Shown: positions 26,583 through 38,842, counted from the stretch's first letter. The stretch is 60,000 nucleotides of DNA from Laetmonice hystrix (GCA_965235115.1 OZ249436.1:26476001-26536000); one strand, 5' to 3'. Numbers and translations: made by a program. Notes: generated from the letters alone by a model not told the origin.

Positions 26583-29500
26583 GACATGCTAAGAGCTCAA
26601 AAAGGGGTGAACACTGCATTTTATAGTGCAAATGTTTAACTTGGCATGATTGATCCTTAGGGCAAAAGGAAACAAAATATCCAAAGAGACAAGTTGTCTC
26701 TATGCATAGAGGCCCCTAATTTGAATAAATTATGCTAATTAGCACCCGACGGAAGTTGATTTCTAACTTTTGAACCAATTCACTTAGAAATACGTGTGAT
26801 AGGTGGATTTTAACTAATTTGGGGGTCAGAAATCCATCTGCAGGGTTATTTTGACATTTGGCGGCCATTTTCACCCTCAAATCCAAGATGGTCGCCAGCA
26901 ACCATCTGAAATCTAGCCTAAAGGTACTTCATAATTTAAACTAATTGAGGACATACTTGTGTTATGCATGGATTTTCATTTGTGGGGGTTGGGAAACTCA
27001 TTTCTGTCATTTCTTTGCAATAAGAGTCCATGTTGAAGGTAAAATCCAAGATGGCTGCTCTTGGGTTAGCCTATAGGGCCTATTAGAAAACATGATTGGC
27101 CTAGGCCTATATCAAACGCATGAAAATTGAATATAGTCCGGCAGCCAAAGGGCTGAACCTGGAAATGTGGTATAACTTTTATTTTTTGATGGATTTAAGG
27201 TGCCAAGGTCGTCCTGAGTGAGAATCCGCCTGATGCCAGCTTGGCACCCTTGAGCATTTTTTATAATTTGCATAAATCCAATATGGCCGCCATCTTACCC
27301 ATGGCGATCCACTTTTGGCATTATCTCCACCCGTAAATTGACTTTTTTCATTATATAATATTTTTCCTAGGAGGTTCTGGGACAGAGGAATCGGTTACAA
27401 GAAAAAAAAGAATGATTGACCGCGCCCTCATTTGCATAAATTAAATATGGCCGCCATCTTAACACGAATTTGAGCTATTCTGGCTATATCTCAACGTCAA
27501 AATGGAATATTACTCTTTATAAAGTACTGTTCAGGGGATAAATGACGTACACAATCTTTTTGCAGTGATACATATTCGAATTGGTCCACCCCTCATTTGC
27601 ATAAATCCAATATGGCCGCCATCTTACCCATGGCGATTCACTTTTGGCATTATCTCCAACTGTAAATTGACTTTTTTCATTATGTAAATTATTTTTTAGG
27701 AGGTTCTTGGAATCGGTTACTAGAAGAAAAAGAGTGATTGGCTCGCTCCCTCATTTGCATAAATTAAATATAGCCGCCATGTTGGCCAGAACTCTGGCTA
27801 TTCTGGCTAAATCTTCAGTGAGTTTACTCTTTAAAAAAGCTCATTTGCAATATGTAGTCTATTTCTTGTGGCAAGAAAGTGAAGTGGCGAGCAATCTATG
27901 TTGATATTGTTACCAATGAGGGCTCCCTTAGCCTACATGTTTTGACTGAACTTAGACTGAAACAAACACTAGAGTGAGGGCTCCCCACAGGTATTGACTG
28001 CCCTTGGGCTGGAGCAAACACTACAGTGAGGGCTGCCTCTATGTATTGACTGCCCTTCGGCTGGAGCAAGCAGTACAGTGAACGCTCCCTACATGTATTG
28101 AGTGGCGTCATACTCGAGCAAACACTACTCTACATGGATTGACTGAGTTTAGACTGGAGCAAACACTAGAGTGATGGCTCCCTACATGTATTGACTGCGC
28201 TTGGGCTGGAGCAAACGCTACAGTGAGGACTCCCTACATGTATTGACTGGCCTTATACTCGAGCAAACACTACAGTGAGGGCTCCCAACTGTCTGGCCTT
28301 TTGCGCTCACTGTTAGTCTTTGCTCGAGTATAAGGCCAGTCAGTACATGTGGTGACCCCTCACTGTAGTGTTTGTACGAGTATAAGCCCAGACGGTACAT
28401 GTTGGGAGCCCTCACTGTAGTGTTTGCTCCAGGCCTAGGGCAGTCAATACATGTAGGGAGCCCTCACTGTAGTGTTTGCTCCAGTCTAAGGCCAGCCAAT
28501 ACATGTAGAGAACCCTCACTCTAGTATTTGCTAGAGTATAAGGTCAGTCAGTCGATGTGGTGACCTTTCACTGTAGTGTTTGCTCGAGTATAAGGCCAGA
28601 CGGTCCATGTTGGGAGCCCACACTGTAGTGTTTGTTCGAGTATGACGCCACTCACTACATGTAGTGAACCCTCACTGTACGGTTTGCTGCAGCCCATGGC
28701 CAGTCATTACATGGAGGGAACCCTCCCTGTAGTGTTTGCTCGAGTATAAGGCCAGTCAGTACATGTTGTGACCCCTCATTGTAGTGTTTGCTCGATTATA
28801 AGGTGCCCTCACTTTAGTGTTTGCTTCAGTCTAACCTCAGTCAAAACATGTAGGGAGCCCTCACTGTACTGTTTTCCCCAGCGCTAAGCCAGTCTTTATA
28901 TGGAGGGAGCTCTCACTGTAGTGTTTGCTCCAGCCTAAGACCAGCCAATACATGTAGAGAACCCTCACTGCACATGTAGTGTTTGCTTCAGTCTAAGCTC
29001 AGTCAATCCATGTACAGAGCCCTCACTGTACTGTTTGCTCGAGTGTAAGGCCAGACGGTACATGTTGGGAGCTCTCACTGTACTGTTTGCTCCAGTCTAA
29101 GGCCAGCCAATACATGTAGAGAGCCCTCACTGTAGTATTTGCTTCGGTCTAAGCTCAGTCAATCCATCTACAGAGCCCTCACTGTAGTGTTTGCTCGAGT
29201 ATAGGGCCAGACAGTCCATGTTGGGGGCCCTCACTGTAGTGTTTGCTCGAGTATAAGGCCAGACAGTCCATGTTGGGGGCCCTGACTGTAGTGTTTGCTC
29301 GAGTATGACGCCGCTCACTACATGTAGTGAACCCTCACTGTATGGTTTGCTGCAGCCAATGGCCAGTCATTACATGGAGGGAACCGTCCCTGTAGTGTTT
29401 GCTCGAGTATAAGATCAGTCAGTGGATGTGGTGAGCCCTCACTGTAGTGTTTGCTCGAGTATAAGGCCAGGCAGTACATGTTGGGAGCCCTCACTGTAGT

Positions 29501-30512
29501 GTTTGTTTCAGTCTAAGCTCAGTCAAAACATGTAGGGAGCCCTCACTGGCAACAATATCAACAGAGATTGCTTACCACTTCACTTTCTTGCCACAAGAAA
29601 TAGACTACATATTGCAAATGAGCTTTTTTAATGAGTAAAACTCATTTTGACGTGAAGATATAGGCAGAATAGCTCGAGTTCTGGCTAACATGGCGCTATA
29701 TTTAATTTATGCAAATGCGGGAGCGAGCCAATCACTCTTCTTCTTCTAGGAACCGATTCCCAGAACTTCCTAAAAATAATTTACATAATGAAAAAAGTCA
29801 ATTTGCAGTTGGAGATAATGCCAAAAGTGACTTACAATGGGTAAGATGGCGGCCATATTGGATTTATGCAAATGAGGGGTGGACCAATTAGAATATGTGT
29901 CACTGCAAAAAGATTGTGTACGTCATTTATCTCCTGAACAGTACTTTATAAGGAGTAAAATTCCATTTTGACGTTGAGATATAGCCAGAATAGCTCAAAT
30001 TCGTGTTAAGATGGCGGCCATATTTAAGTTATGCAAATGAGGGCGCGACCAATCACTCTCTTTTTTCTTGTACCTTGTCCCAGAACCTCCTAAGAAAAAA
30101 ATTATACACTGAAAAAAGTCAATTTACGGGTGGAGATAATGCCAAAAGTGAATCGCCATGGGTAAGAACCATGTACATGTACCGTAAGCTAGATTTCAGA
30201 TGGTTGCTGGAGGCCATCTTGGATTTGAGGGTCAAAATGGCCGCCAAATGTCAAAATAACCCTGCAGATGGATTTCTGACCCCCAAATTAGTTGAAATCC
30301 ACCTATCACACGTATTTCTAAGTGAATTGGTTCAAAAGTTAGAAATCTACTTCCGTCGGGTGCTAATTAACATAATTTATGCAAATTATGGGCCTCTATG
30401 CATAGAGACAACTTGTCTCTTTGGATATTTTTTTTCCTTTTGCCCTAAGGACTAATCATGCCAACTTAGACATTTGCACTATAAAATGCAGTGTTCACCA
30501 CCTTACCATGTC
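26583..30512. mobile_element. Foldback-like non-autonomous DNA transposon, 3930 bp, near-complete palindrome, TA TSD
   Basis: TA|GACATG ... CATGTC|TA. 26606-26917 is the inverse of 30188-30499, and ~27293-27980 is the inverse of ~29490-30167. The central 52-bp minisatellite flips orientation at ~28300. Confidence 0.9.
27915..29548. repeat. 52-bp minisatellite, ~7 units in one orientation then >20 units inverted
   Basis: Unit approx. CTCACTGTAGTGTTTGCTCGAGTATAAGGCCAGTCAGTACATGTAGGGAGCC, with CTCACT at 28411, 28463 and 28515. Confidence 0.92.
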
Positions 30513-31875
30513 TACATATGGCAAACTATTGATTGATATGTGATCAAGCTTCAACAAAATGTATGTACCTAATATATCTGACTGTATGTAACTACGTATT
30601 CGTGGCACAACTGACATCTCTTTATCTTATACGGAAAAGGATGTTATCTAATTAAGACATACAAGCTAACTGCGACACAACTGCTGTCTTTTACTCTACT
30701 TATGTAGTTTCTGGGTACTCATTACTGTATTGGGGTTTCTGTGTGTATGGAGGTCACAGACAGTTATGTCTCTAATGCGTACCCCCTGAAAGCATCACTG
30801 TGTAATATATTATATACCTGCATGTGTATTGCATCTCGGAGATATTGTATGCTTCCAGGAAATAAAACTATCTATCTATCTATCTAAAAAGGAAGCTTTG
30901 GTGGTCGAGCAGGACAATGGACCCTCCCCCCAACACACATCTTCCGAGATGAGACGGAATCCATATTTTCCTAGATAGAGCTACCCATGATTTCTATCGA
31001 ACATTGACTGTTAAGGTCATCCTGGCACTGGCGTAGACTGTATTTTTCCTTTGAAATGCACGGGCATCAGGCGTAACCCAATTACTTTGACAATGTCTCT
31101 AAAGAGAAAAGTTGTATAGTCCTCTACAGGAATTGAACCCCGGCCGCAAGATTACTGCACCCATTCACATAGCATAAGGTATCGACGCCCATGCCCACTC
31201 GGCCACCGCCACTTCGCTAAAAAGGAAGCTTTGGTGGTCGAGCAGGATAATGGACCCTCCCCCCTACACACATCTTCCGAGATGAGACGGAATCCATATT
31301 TTCCTAGATAGAGCTACCCATGGTTTCTACCGAACATTGACTGTTAAGGTCATCCTGGCACTGGCGTAGACTGTATTTTTCTTTTGAAATGCACGGGCAT
31401 CAGGCGTAACCCAATTACTTTGACAATGTCCCTAAAGAGAAAAGTTGTATAGTCCTCTACAGGAATTGAACCCCGGCCGCAAGATTACTGCACCCATTCA
31501 CATAGCATAAGGTATCGACGCCCATGCCCACTCGGCCACCGCCACTTCGCTAAAAAGGAAGCTTTGGTGGTCGAGCAGGATAATGGACCCTCCCCCCTAC
31601 ACACATCTTCCGAGATGAGACGGAATCCATATTTTCCTAGATAGAGCTACCCATGGTTTCTACCGAACATTGACTGTTAAGGTCATCCTGGCACTGGCGT
31701 AGACTGTATTTTTCTTTTGAAATGCACGGGCATCAGGCGTAACCCAATTACTTTGACAATGTCCCTAAAGAGAAAAGTTGTATAGTCCTCTACAGGAATC
31801 GAACCCCAGCCCCAAGATTACTGCACCCATTCGCATAGCATAAGGTATCGACGCCCATGCCCACTCGGCCTAGGG

Positions 31876-32527
31876 AGGGTTATCAATCGAACACGTGACC
31901 TGTCTATGACGTCTGCATAAATTAAACGTTTACCAACTCCAACTCAGTCTCCGCTGACGTGTAGGGGGCCTACCAAAGCCTGAACATGCTTCTGGGCTCT
32001 AACTGTCGAGTATAGATATCATAAAAAGGATCTACGGCCTGGAACTGAAGATTCGCTGTAAAAAATAGACATATGTAGCCAACATTACGTTAGATTGTGT
32101 TTGTCTACATGTCGAAGCGAGCCTTGTCGCCGCGCCTGCCAGCTACTGTCAGCTCACAAGGTGCATGGGCAGGGCATAAAGACGGCTCCACCAATAAGGT
32201 TAGAGGTTTGAAAATTTGCATATGGGTCGAACATAATAGGATGTCGATGGATGACAGAACGGAGTGGTCACGGGAAGGCGGAACGGGCACGCACAAACAA
32301 ACGCCAAAAAATGCGAGTAAATGTAGTGTCAAGCGCTTGATTCAATATAAAATTTGGTTTATAAAGGCATTATACCCTCGGGTCTGGCGTCAGATAACCC
32401 TCGGGTCTGGCGTCAGATAACCCTCGGGTCTGGCGTCAGATAACCTTTCCCTCGGGGCTTCACCCCTCGGGAAGGGCTATCTGACACCAGACCCTCGGGC
32501 GACCACCAAAGGCAAGGATCTAACCCT
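31876..32527. mobile_element. Probable non-autonomous element with AGGGTTA/TAACCCT ends and a subterminal hairpin
   Basis: Three tandem 23-bp ACCCTCGGGTCTGGCGTCAGATA units (32393-32445), then an inverted copy TATCTGACACCAGACCCTCGGG (~32478-32499). Confidence 0.5.
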
Positions 32528-32763
32528 TAAATATACCCCACCTGACTGTAGCGATTAGGAACCTAATCCCGATGGGGCGGGGCCGGACATGCCAATTTGA
32601 TTAATTTATCGACAACATGGTGGAAAATCCCTTACCGGGCGCGTAAAGTAACAGGGATTCGTCGCAATACCCGTTGACTAATGAAATGATTGCTCAAAAC
32701 TTTTATTTATAAGGAGAAATATCGACTGGAGAATTATAGACTATAGGCCTCGGCCCCTACACT

Positions 32764-33162
32764 CATGGGCGCCGGAAGCAAATTATTATTAGGGGGGGGG
32801 GGGCAAGAGAGTTGAAGCGAAAGTGATAGGCTACAACATGTTTAGTAAAGCAGGGTTGGAGGCCCTCCCCGAGAACATTTTGAAAACTACACACGCTAAA
32901 ACGCTTTTTTACACCATTTTGAGGCAGGATTTTTATGTTTTCAAAGCCTGAATGAATAGATTACATGTAGGCCTATCATTAGGACAATCGACCCAGTCTT
33001 TGACGCACCCAAGTCCTGGTTTCAACAGGCCTATACTGCGTATGTGGAAAAAGCTGCATTTTTTTAATTATGATCACAGATTATTGGGGGGGGGCGATGC
33101 CCCCCAACCAGATTATTGAGGGGGCGGTCGCCCCCCTGCCCCCCCCGCTTCTGGCGCCTATG
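32764..33162. mobile_element. hAT-type MITE
   Basis: 16-bp TIR CATGGGCGCCGGAAGC / GCTTCTGGCGCCTATG. Perfect 8-bp TSD CCTACACT. Confidence 0.92.
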
Positions 33163-33389
33163 CCTACACTTGGGACATGGAGTCTGACATTATACTGGGA
33201 CATGGCGCGTATGGGACATGGAGTCTCCTACCCGGGGATTGATGGTATTCAAGCACTTCTGGGAGAAAAAGTGGGAGACAAACAGGTTGTTAGAGTGACT
33301 AAAAGCAAGGCTGTAGTAGGAAAGACTACTTCAAAAATATGAAGATTTAATTTTTCCCTCTTTTATGGACCCTTAGGACATTTTTGTAA

Positions 33390-33600
33390 AGTGCTGAACC
33401 CACCAAGGCGATTCCCCTTGCGACGCCCATGCGATTTTGACATCACCTTTTTATTTTACTGTAATTTTGAGATTAAAGGATGGAACCCATTTCCTGAAAC
33501 GGAGAAGGCCAGCCAGGAAAACTTTCAGAGTGAAATTCCACCATTAAATCAAAAACCGCATGGCCGTCGCAAGGGGAATCGCCTTGGTGGGTTCAGCACT
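33390..33600. mobile_element. PIF/Harbinger (Tourist-like) MITE
   Basis: ~50-bp near-perfect TIRs AGTGCTGAACCCACCAAGGCGATTCCCCTTGCGACG...; TAA TSD. Confidence 0.92.
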
Positions 33601-34309
33601 TAATGCTTTTCTGTCAGGGTATACATGTACATGAAAATATTTTCTATTTTGATGTTAGATTGCTTGCACAGATAAAACAATCAGGCTGATGTCATTATTA
33701 GTTTTGAAAATACCCTCGATCACTCTTAAAACACTCAAGTTTAGGTATAACATCTAATGCAAAAAATGAAGATATTTAAGAGTAAGAAAATTGTTCGGGG
33801 GAATAGAAATTGCACTATTGTAGTTCTTATATGCAATTCCATTTAGTTATTAATCTTTTTCTAACTTTCTGTCATCATTGGATTATCGCCCATTTAATAA
33901 TAACTGTATCTACAACTTTTAATTAATCAATAGAAGGCAGCACAAGGCTGCAGCAATAACTTGGTATACCCAGTGTATCCTTTGTTTCTTTATCAGGAAA
34001 AACATATTGATTAGCACAACAAATACAAAGAATACATTTTTTTGTTAACTCTGATGCTTATCCCATACCTCCGTTCACAATGCCACTATCAAATACAACA
34101 TGTATTCTCAATTTGGACCTGTTCATGGGCCCTCCGTAGCACTCAGAAAACCAGAGAATACACGCAAATATTGCCGCAATAGATTGTACAGTTGAACGGA
34201 TCTATAAATCATTTCTCGGCGAACCGGTTAGGACACGGTTAGACTGAGTTTGTGGCTTAGCAACTATCGACACACTCGCTGTCCTTAATGACGCGTGCCG
34301 TTTTGTTGA

Positions 34310-34838
34310 CACATAACTTCATGGGTGTGTGCACCCACACAGCGTGTGCACGTACCGCCTCACCTCCGTATCTAAAGTATTTTTATCAACAGATCCTGCT
34401 ACGGATTCTACAATAGCACTCGTGTGTCCGTCCACGGTCGACAATACAACACACTTCATGGGTGGGGGTGCCCTCGCACAACGTGTGCACGTAGGTACCG
34501 CCTCACCTCCGTATCTAAAGTACCAACAGATCCTGCCACGGATTATACAGCTCGTATGTCCGTCCACGGTCGACAATACAACACACTTCATGGGTGTGTG
34601 CACTCACACAGCGTGTGCACGCACCGCCTCACCTCCGTATCTAAAGTACCAACAGATCCTGCCACGGATTATACAGCACTCGTGTGTCCGTCCACGGTCC
34701 ACAATACAACACACTTCATGGGTGTGTGCACTCACACAGCGTGTGCACGCACCGCCTCACCTCCGTATCTAAAGTACCAACAGATCCTGCCACGGATTAT
34801 ACAGCACTCGTGTGTCCGTCCACGGTCCACAATACAAA
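34310..34838. repeat. ~128-135-bp tandem repeat (4 copies)
   Basis: ACTTCATGGGTG recurs at ~34316, 34453, 34585 and 34713. Confidence 0.92.
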
Positions 34839-34872
34839 TACATGTAGGCCTACACCTCAGCCTGTCGAGCTG

Positions 34873-35063
34873 CAGAGGCGGATTTAGGGGGGGGGGGGGT
34901 TACTGGGGTTACAACCCCCCGTTACGAAGTATTCTTTTTATTTTTTCCTGCTTGAAAGATTCACATAAAACATACACCCCGCAACCCACCCCCCTTGGCA
35001 CCCCCCCCCCCGGTTGGGTTATAAAGACGACGCAATAACAAGTGAAACCTGGATCCGCCCCTG
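34873..35063. mobile_element. Short poly-G/poly-C MITE with CAG(G/A)GGCGGAT-type termini; related fragments at ~2690-2863, ~4723-4888 and ~20615-20718
   Basis: CAGAGGCGGATTTAGG ... CCTGGATCCGCCCCTG. TSD not evident. Confidence 0.7.
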
Positions 35064-35427
35064 AGATGCTATGCGACTGAAAAGCTCCTAATTGTTTTTC
35101 ATGGCGTCAAACAAACCTGACGTGACACTTGTAGCGCCAGATTTATTTACTCTCATTGAAATACATTTGGTAGCTATTTTCAGAGCGTCGCCAATAGCGC
35201 GTAGCATTGAGTCAGGCGCCTCCCACGCCTTAAAGGAGAAGAGACTGCAGACAAACAATATTTGTGTGGTCCACGCAGACACTGTCCACCTGCACTCTCC
35301 CCATTTTGAGTTTGGACATGCCATGCGTGCTATGCCCCTATATAAAGGCCGCTAATGGTCGACACGTGAATCAGTCGTGTCACCTGAGACTGTCCCGTGC
35401 AGAACTCGTGACAAAGCCGCAATGGTA

Positions 35428-36317
35428 TAGGTCTGACCTATCGGCCGAGCAACCCGTTGACCGATCCACCGATGGGTCTGACTTATCGGCCGAGCAACCC
35501 GTTGGCCGATCCACCGATGGGTCTGACATATCGGCCGATGAGCAACCCGTTGACCGATCCACCAGTGGGTCTGACCTATCGGCCGAGCAACCCGTTGACC
35601 GATCCACCGATAGGTCTGACCTATCGGCCGAGGAACCCGTTGGCCGATCCACCGATGGGTCTGACATATCGGCCGATGAGCAACCCGTTGACCGATCCAC
35701 CAGTGGGTCTGACCTATCGGCCGATGAGCAACCCGTTGGCCGATCCACCGATAGGTCTGACCTATTGGCCGAGCAACCCGTTGACCGATCCACCGGTGGG
35801 TCTGACCTATCGGCCGAGGAACTCGTTGGCCGATCCACCGATAGGTCTGACCTATCGGCCGATGAGCAACCCGTTGACCGATCCACCGATGGGTCTGACC
35901 TATCGGCCGAGGAACCCGTTGGCCGATCCACTGATATGTCAGACCTATCGGCCGAGCAACCCGTTGACCGATCCACCGATGGGTCTGACCTATCGGCCGA
36001 AGAACCCGTTGGCCGATCTACCGAGAGGTCTAACCTATCGGCCGAGTAACCCGTTGACCGATCCACCGGTGGGTCTGACCTATCGGCCGATGAGCAACCC
36101 GTTGACCGATCCACCGATGGGTCTGACCTATCGGCCGAGGAACCCGTTGGCCGATCCACCGATGGGTCTGACCTATCGGCCGAGGAACCCGTTGGCCGAT
36201 CCACTGATATGTCTGACCTATCGGCCGAGCAACCCGTTGACCGATCCACCGATGGGTCTGACCTATCGGCCGAAGAACCCGTTGGCCGATCTACCGAGAG
36301 GTCTAACCTATCGGCCG
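35428..36317. repeat. GC-rich 45/48-bp minisatellite (~19 copies)
   Basis: Unit GGTCTGACCTATCGGCCGA(TGA)GCAACCCGTTGACCGATCCACCGATG. Confidence 0.96.
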
Positions 36318-37325
36318 GTGGGCCATATTGACCGATGGCGGGTAACATAATCGTGTGCGCCATATTCAGCGCGGGAATTTCTGATTGGCTTGACTGGAAT
36401 GTTGTTTTTCTCCACGCATTAGGAGAAACTGCATATTGCATCAAGGCCATATTGCCTACCGACATGTGACAAGTTTTTCAGTTTGTATTGTACCATAGAT
36501 AAGGGGTATTTGTTAATTTGTTAACTATTTCGATAACTTCTCCTGCTCATTGCACAGTATTACACCTATTTTTTTTGTCAAATAAAAGGTTTGTTAAATA
36601 CTGCCAAGTCTTCCGTATTACAGTTTTCAGCAGAATGTAAAGTTCAGTTTCTGGGCATGCTCACAATGGGAATGATTAATCGTTGTATTTTGGGGGAATG
36701 CAGCATCATTTAATTTTAACTTGATGCTGCTGAATGCCTAATGACATGGTGTGAACTATTCCGGCCCAAAATGTTAAAAATGTAAAATATATCCCATAGA
36801 GCTACTACGTATGCCTAATGGAAATTACTAGCAGGCTGGAAACACATATACCTCAACAAAAATATTGAGATGATCACAAAGTGGCACTCCCGTCAGACAC
36901 CACATTGTGTGCACGGAATGAATGTATATGTTATGGACGCGTGACCACCACGGGCATTGAACAGAAAAAGGTTTAGATTTACTCGTATACGTGAGGATTG
37001 GGGATAATATTATGCTGGATCCAAGGAGGTATTGGCCTTGCAACTCCCATTCAAAAGTTTTTCATCTTCTTTTTTCTTTTTTTGCTTGAAACTTGCAGTC
37101 CAAACATACACATCCCAGCACTCATGTTAAGGCTCTGAGATGAATACGGCCCGGGGAGCTGTGTGTCTGCTATAACATTTATTACATTATGGATACGACA
37201 ATATGACATAATAACATTATCATGATAGCGTTTCTGAACGCCCACAGCAATGCTGAAATGGAAAGAAACAGGTCCTGATATAGAACTCGAGCATCGATCT
37301 GCACCTTTGATTTGCCCCTTGTCTC

Positions 37326-37885
37326 CGGCGAAAAAAATGTTCGGGTTCAAAACTCAGTGAGCGCGTTTAAAATCAATGCATGCTGACAATATTGTGTTGG
37401 TCATTTATCATATTTCTTGACACAAGGCCGTATGCCGACCTATGTACACCGAAATTCTCTCTGGGGGCAGCTGTGGCTTGATTACAGGCCAAACAACGCT
37501 ATTTTCTGGGTAGGAATATGTGTTTCAGACCTCTTTACGCTATCATATAAGAACAACGTAAAGCCAGTCGGAAGACTGTGCCCCTTTAATGATGAAATCG
37601 AATTTAGTACATTTTGTAGTTGACGGTTCAAGCACGACACGGGTGAGCGACGGCCTTGCTCGAGATTATGGGATGAATAAAATGTCCGTGCTGTTAACTC
37701 TCCGCTGTGTGAATATGCCCGAGTATATTAAATAATTGTTTATAATTTTCACGTATTATGCCGATCACCAGCCAAATAGAACGGCGAAAAAAATGTTCGG
37801 GTTCAAAACTCAGTGAGCGCGTTTAAAATCAATGCATGCTGACAATATTGTGTTGGTCATTTATCATATTTCTTGACACAAGGCC
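37326..37885. repeat. 104-bp exact direct repeat (37326-37429, 37782-37885) flanking a segment duplicated at ~45538-45812
   Basis: CGGCGAAAAAAATGTTCGGG...GACACAAGGCC occurs twice. The interior TATGCCGACCTATG...GTGCTGTTAACT matches 45538-45812. Confidence 0.9.
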
Positions 37886-38624
37886 CTCTGCCATCAGCTA
37901 TGCGAACTTGAAAAAAAAAACATTCACTGCTTTGCCGTTCCATGGGAATCAGTGAGGTAAACTATAAAGAAATTCAATCACACTTAGTCAGAGCATATTA
38001 AAATAGTAAAACCACACAAGGTTTCCTTTCCTAGAAAGGGTTATTGCGGTCAGATAAAGCCTCCACTGACGACAGTACACGCATGCCTATAACCAATGCG
38101 GTCTATACGTTATAGTTTGTACTTCCAATCACCCTGTCAACATACTATGAAGAAAGGAATGAAGATTACAAATAAAACGTCTAGATACAAGACATAAAGA
38201 GCATTATAATGGGTTTAACTCGTTCGTAGCCGATATAAACAGAGAGCATTGCATGGCCTCACGTCAGTTCATGACGATTCTATAATAAAGGCACGGACTT
38301 GTCTGTAATTTGCTCTCCAAACACTGTCAATTTCTCATAACCCCTGAAATATTTATTCACCTCTCATACTCGTTTGTGTATACACAGAGATCACTATGGC
38401 AGTTATTGCAATCAATAGTTGGAAAATAAAGTAAAGCAACCATGTGGAGTCTGTGTGGAGCTCCCTCGGCAAAAATAGCATGCGCAGTATTTGAAGACGT
38501 GCCTATAATTGCCACGAGATTTCGTGTTACCTGCACACTCGTGTGGAGTCCAACAGGAAAAGCTACTTTGTAAAAGGATTCCAGCATCAGGAATGGACCA
38601 ATCGCTGTAGCTCCTGATATATGA

Positions 38625-38779
38625 AAGAGAGGTGGGAGGGAGAGAGGTGAGGGGGAGGGAGAGAGACAGGGAGAGAGAGAGAGAGGGGGGGAGGGAGAGA
38701 GAGGGAGAGAGAGACAGAGAGACAGAGAGAGAGAGGGGGGAGGGAGGGGGGAGTGAGAGAGAGAGAGAGAGGGAGAGAC

Positions 38780-38842
<63 letters not shown>
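38625..38842. repeat. (GA)n / G-rich microsatellite
   Basis: Direct inspection. Confidence 0.96.

Larger units (their letters stand above)
26507..30885 (+). mobile_element. 5'-truncated CR1/L2-group LINE tail (26507-26582 + 30515-30885), split by the foldback element
   Basis: Removing the foldback and one TA gives GLDESLKGARTLKAFKHNLRKSLISTYGKLLIDM*, like a CR1/L2 ORF2 C-terminus. A 3'UTR follows, ending in AATAAA plus a (CTAT)n tail. Confidence 0.75.
26443..31870 (-). mobile_element. tRNA-headed element array, subtype 2 (333-bp period), insertion C; pieces 26443-26506 and ~30886-31870 are separated by a LINE + foldback insertion
   Basis: Units at 31038, 31371 and 31704. The diagnostic CAGGCGTAACC is shared by both pieces (CAGGGGTAACC in A/B). 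A box TGGCCGAGTGG. Confidence 0.8.

Noticed and set aside
30003..30455. 150-aa ORF in the foldback arm as a possible transposase
   Set aside because: No DDE or DNA-binding motif; it lies in the TIR, crosses an arm deletion junction and is broken in the mirror arm.
34319..35038. 147-204-aa ORFs
   Set aside because: Products of the ~128-bp tandem repeat and the adjacent MITE.
35264..36465. Long ORFs of 261, 297 and 361 aa
   Set aside because: Translations of the 45/48-bp minisatellite, with no domain and no splice support.
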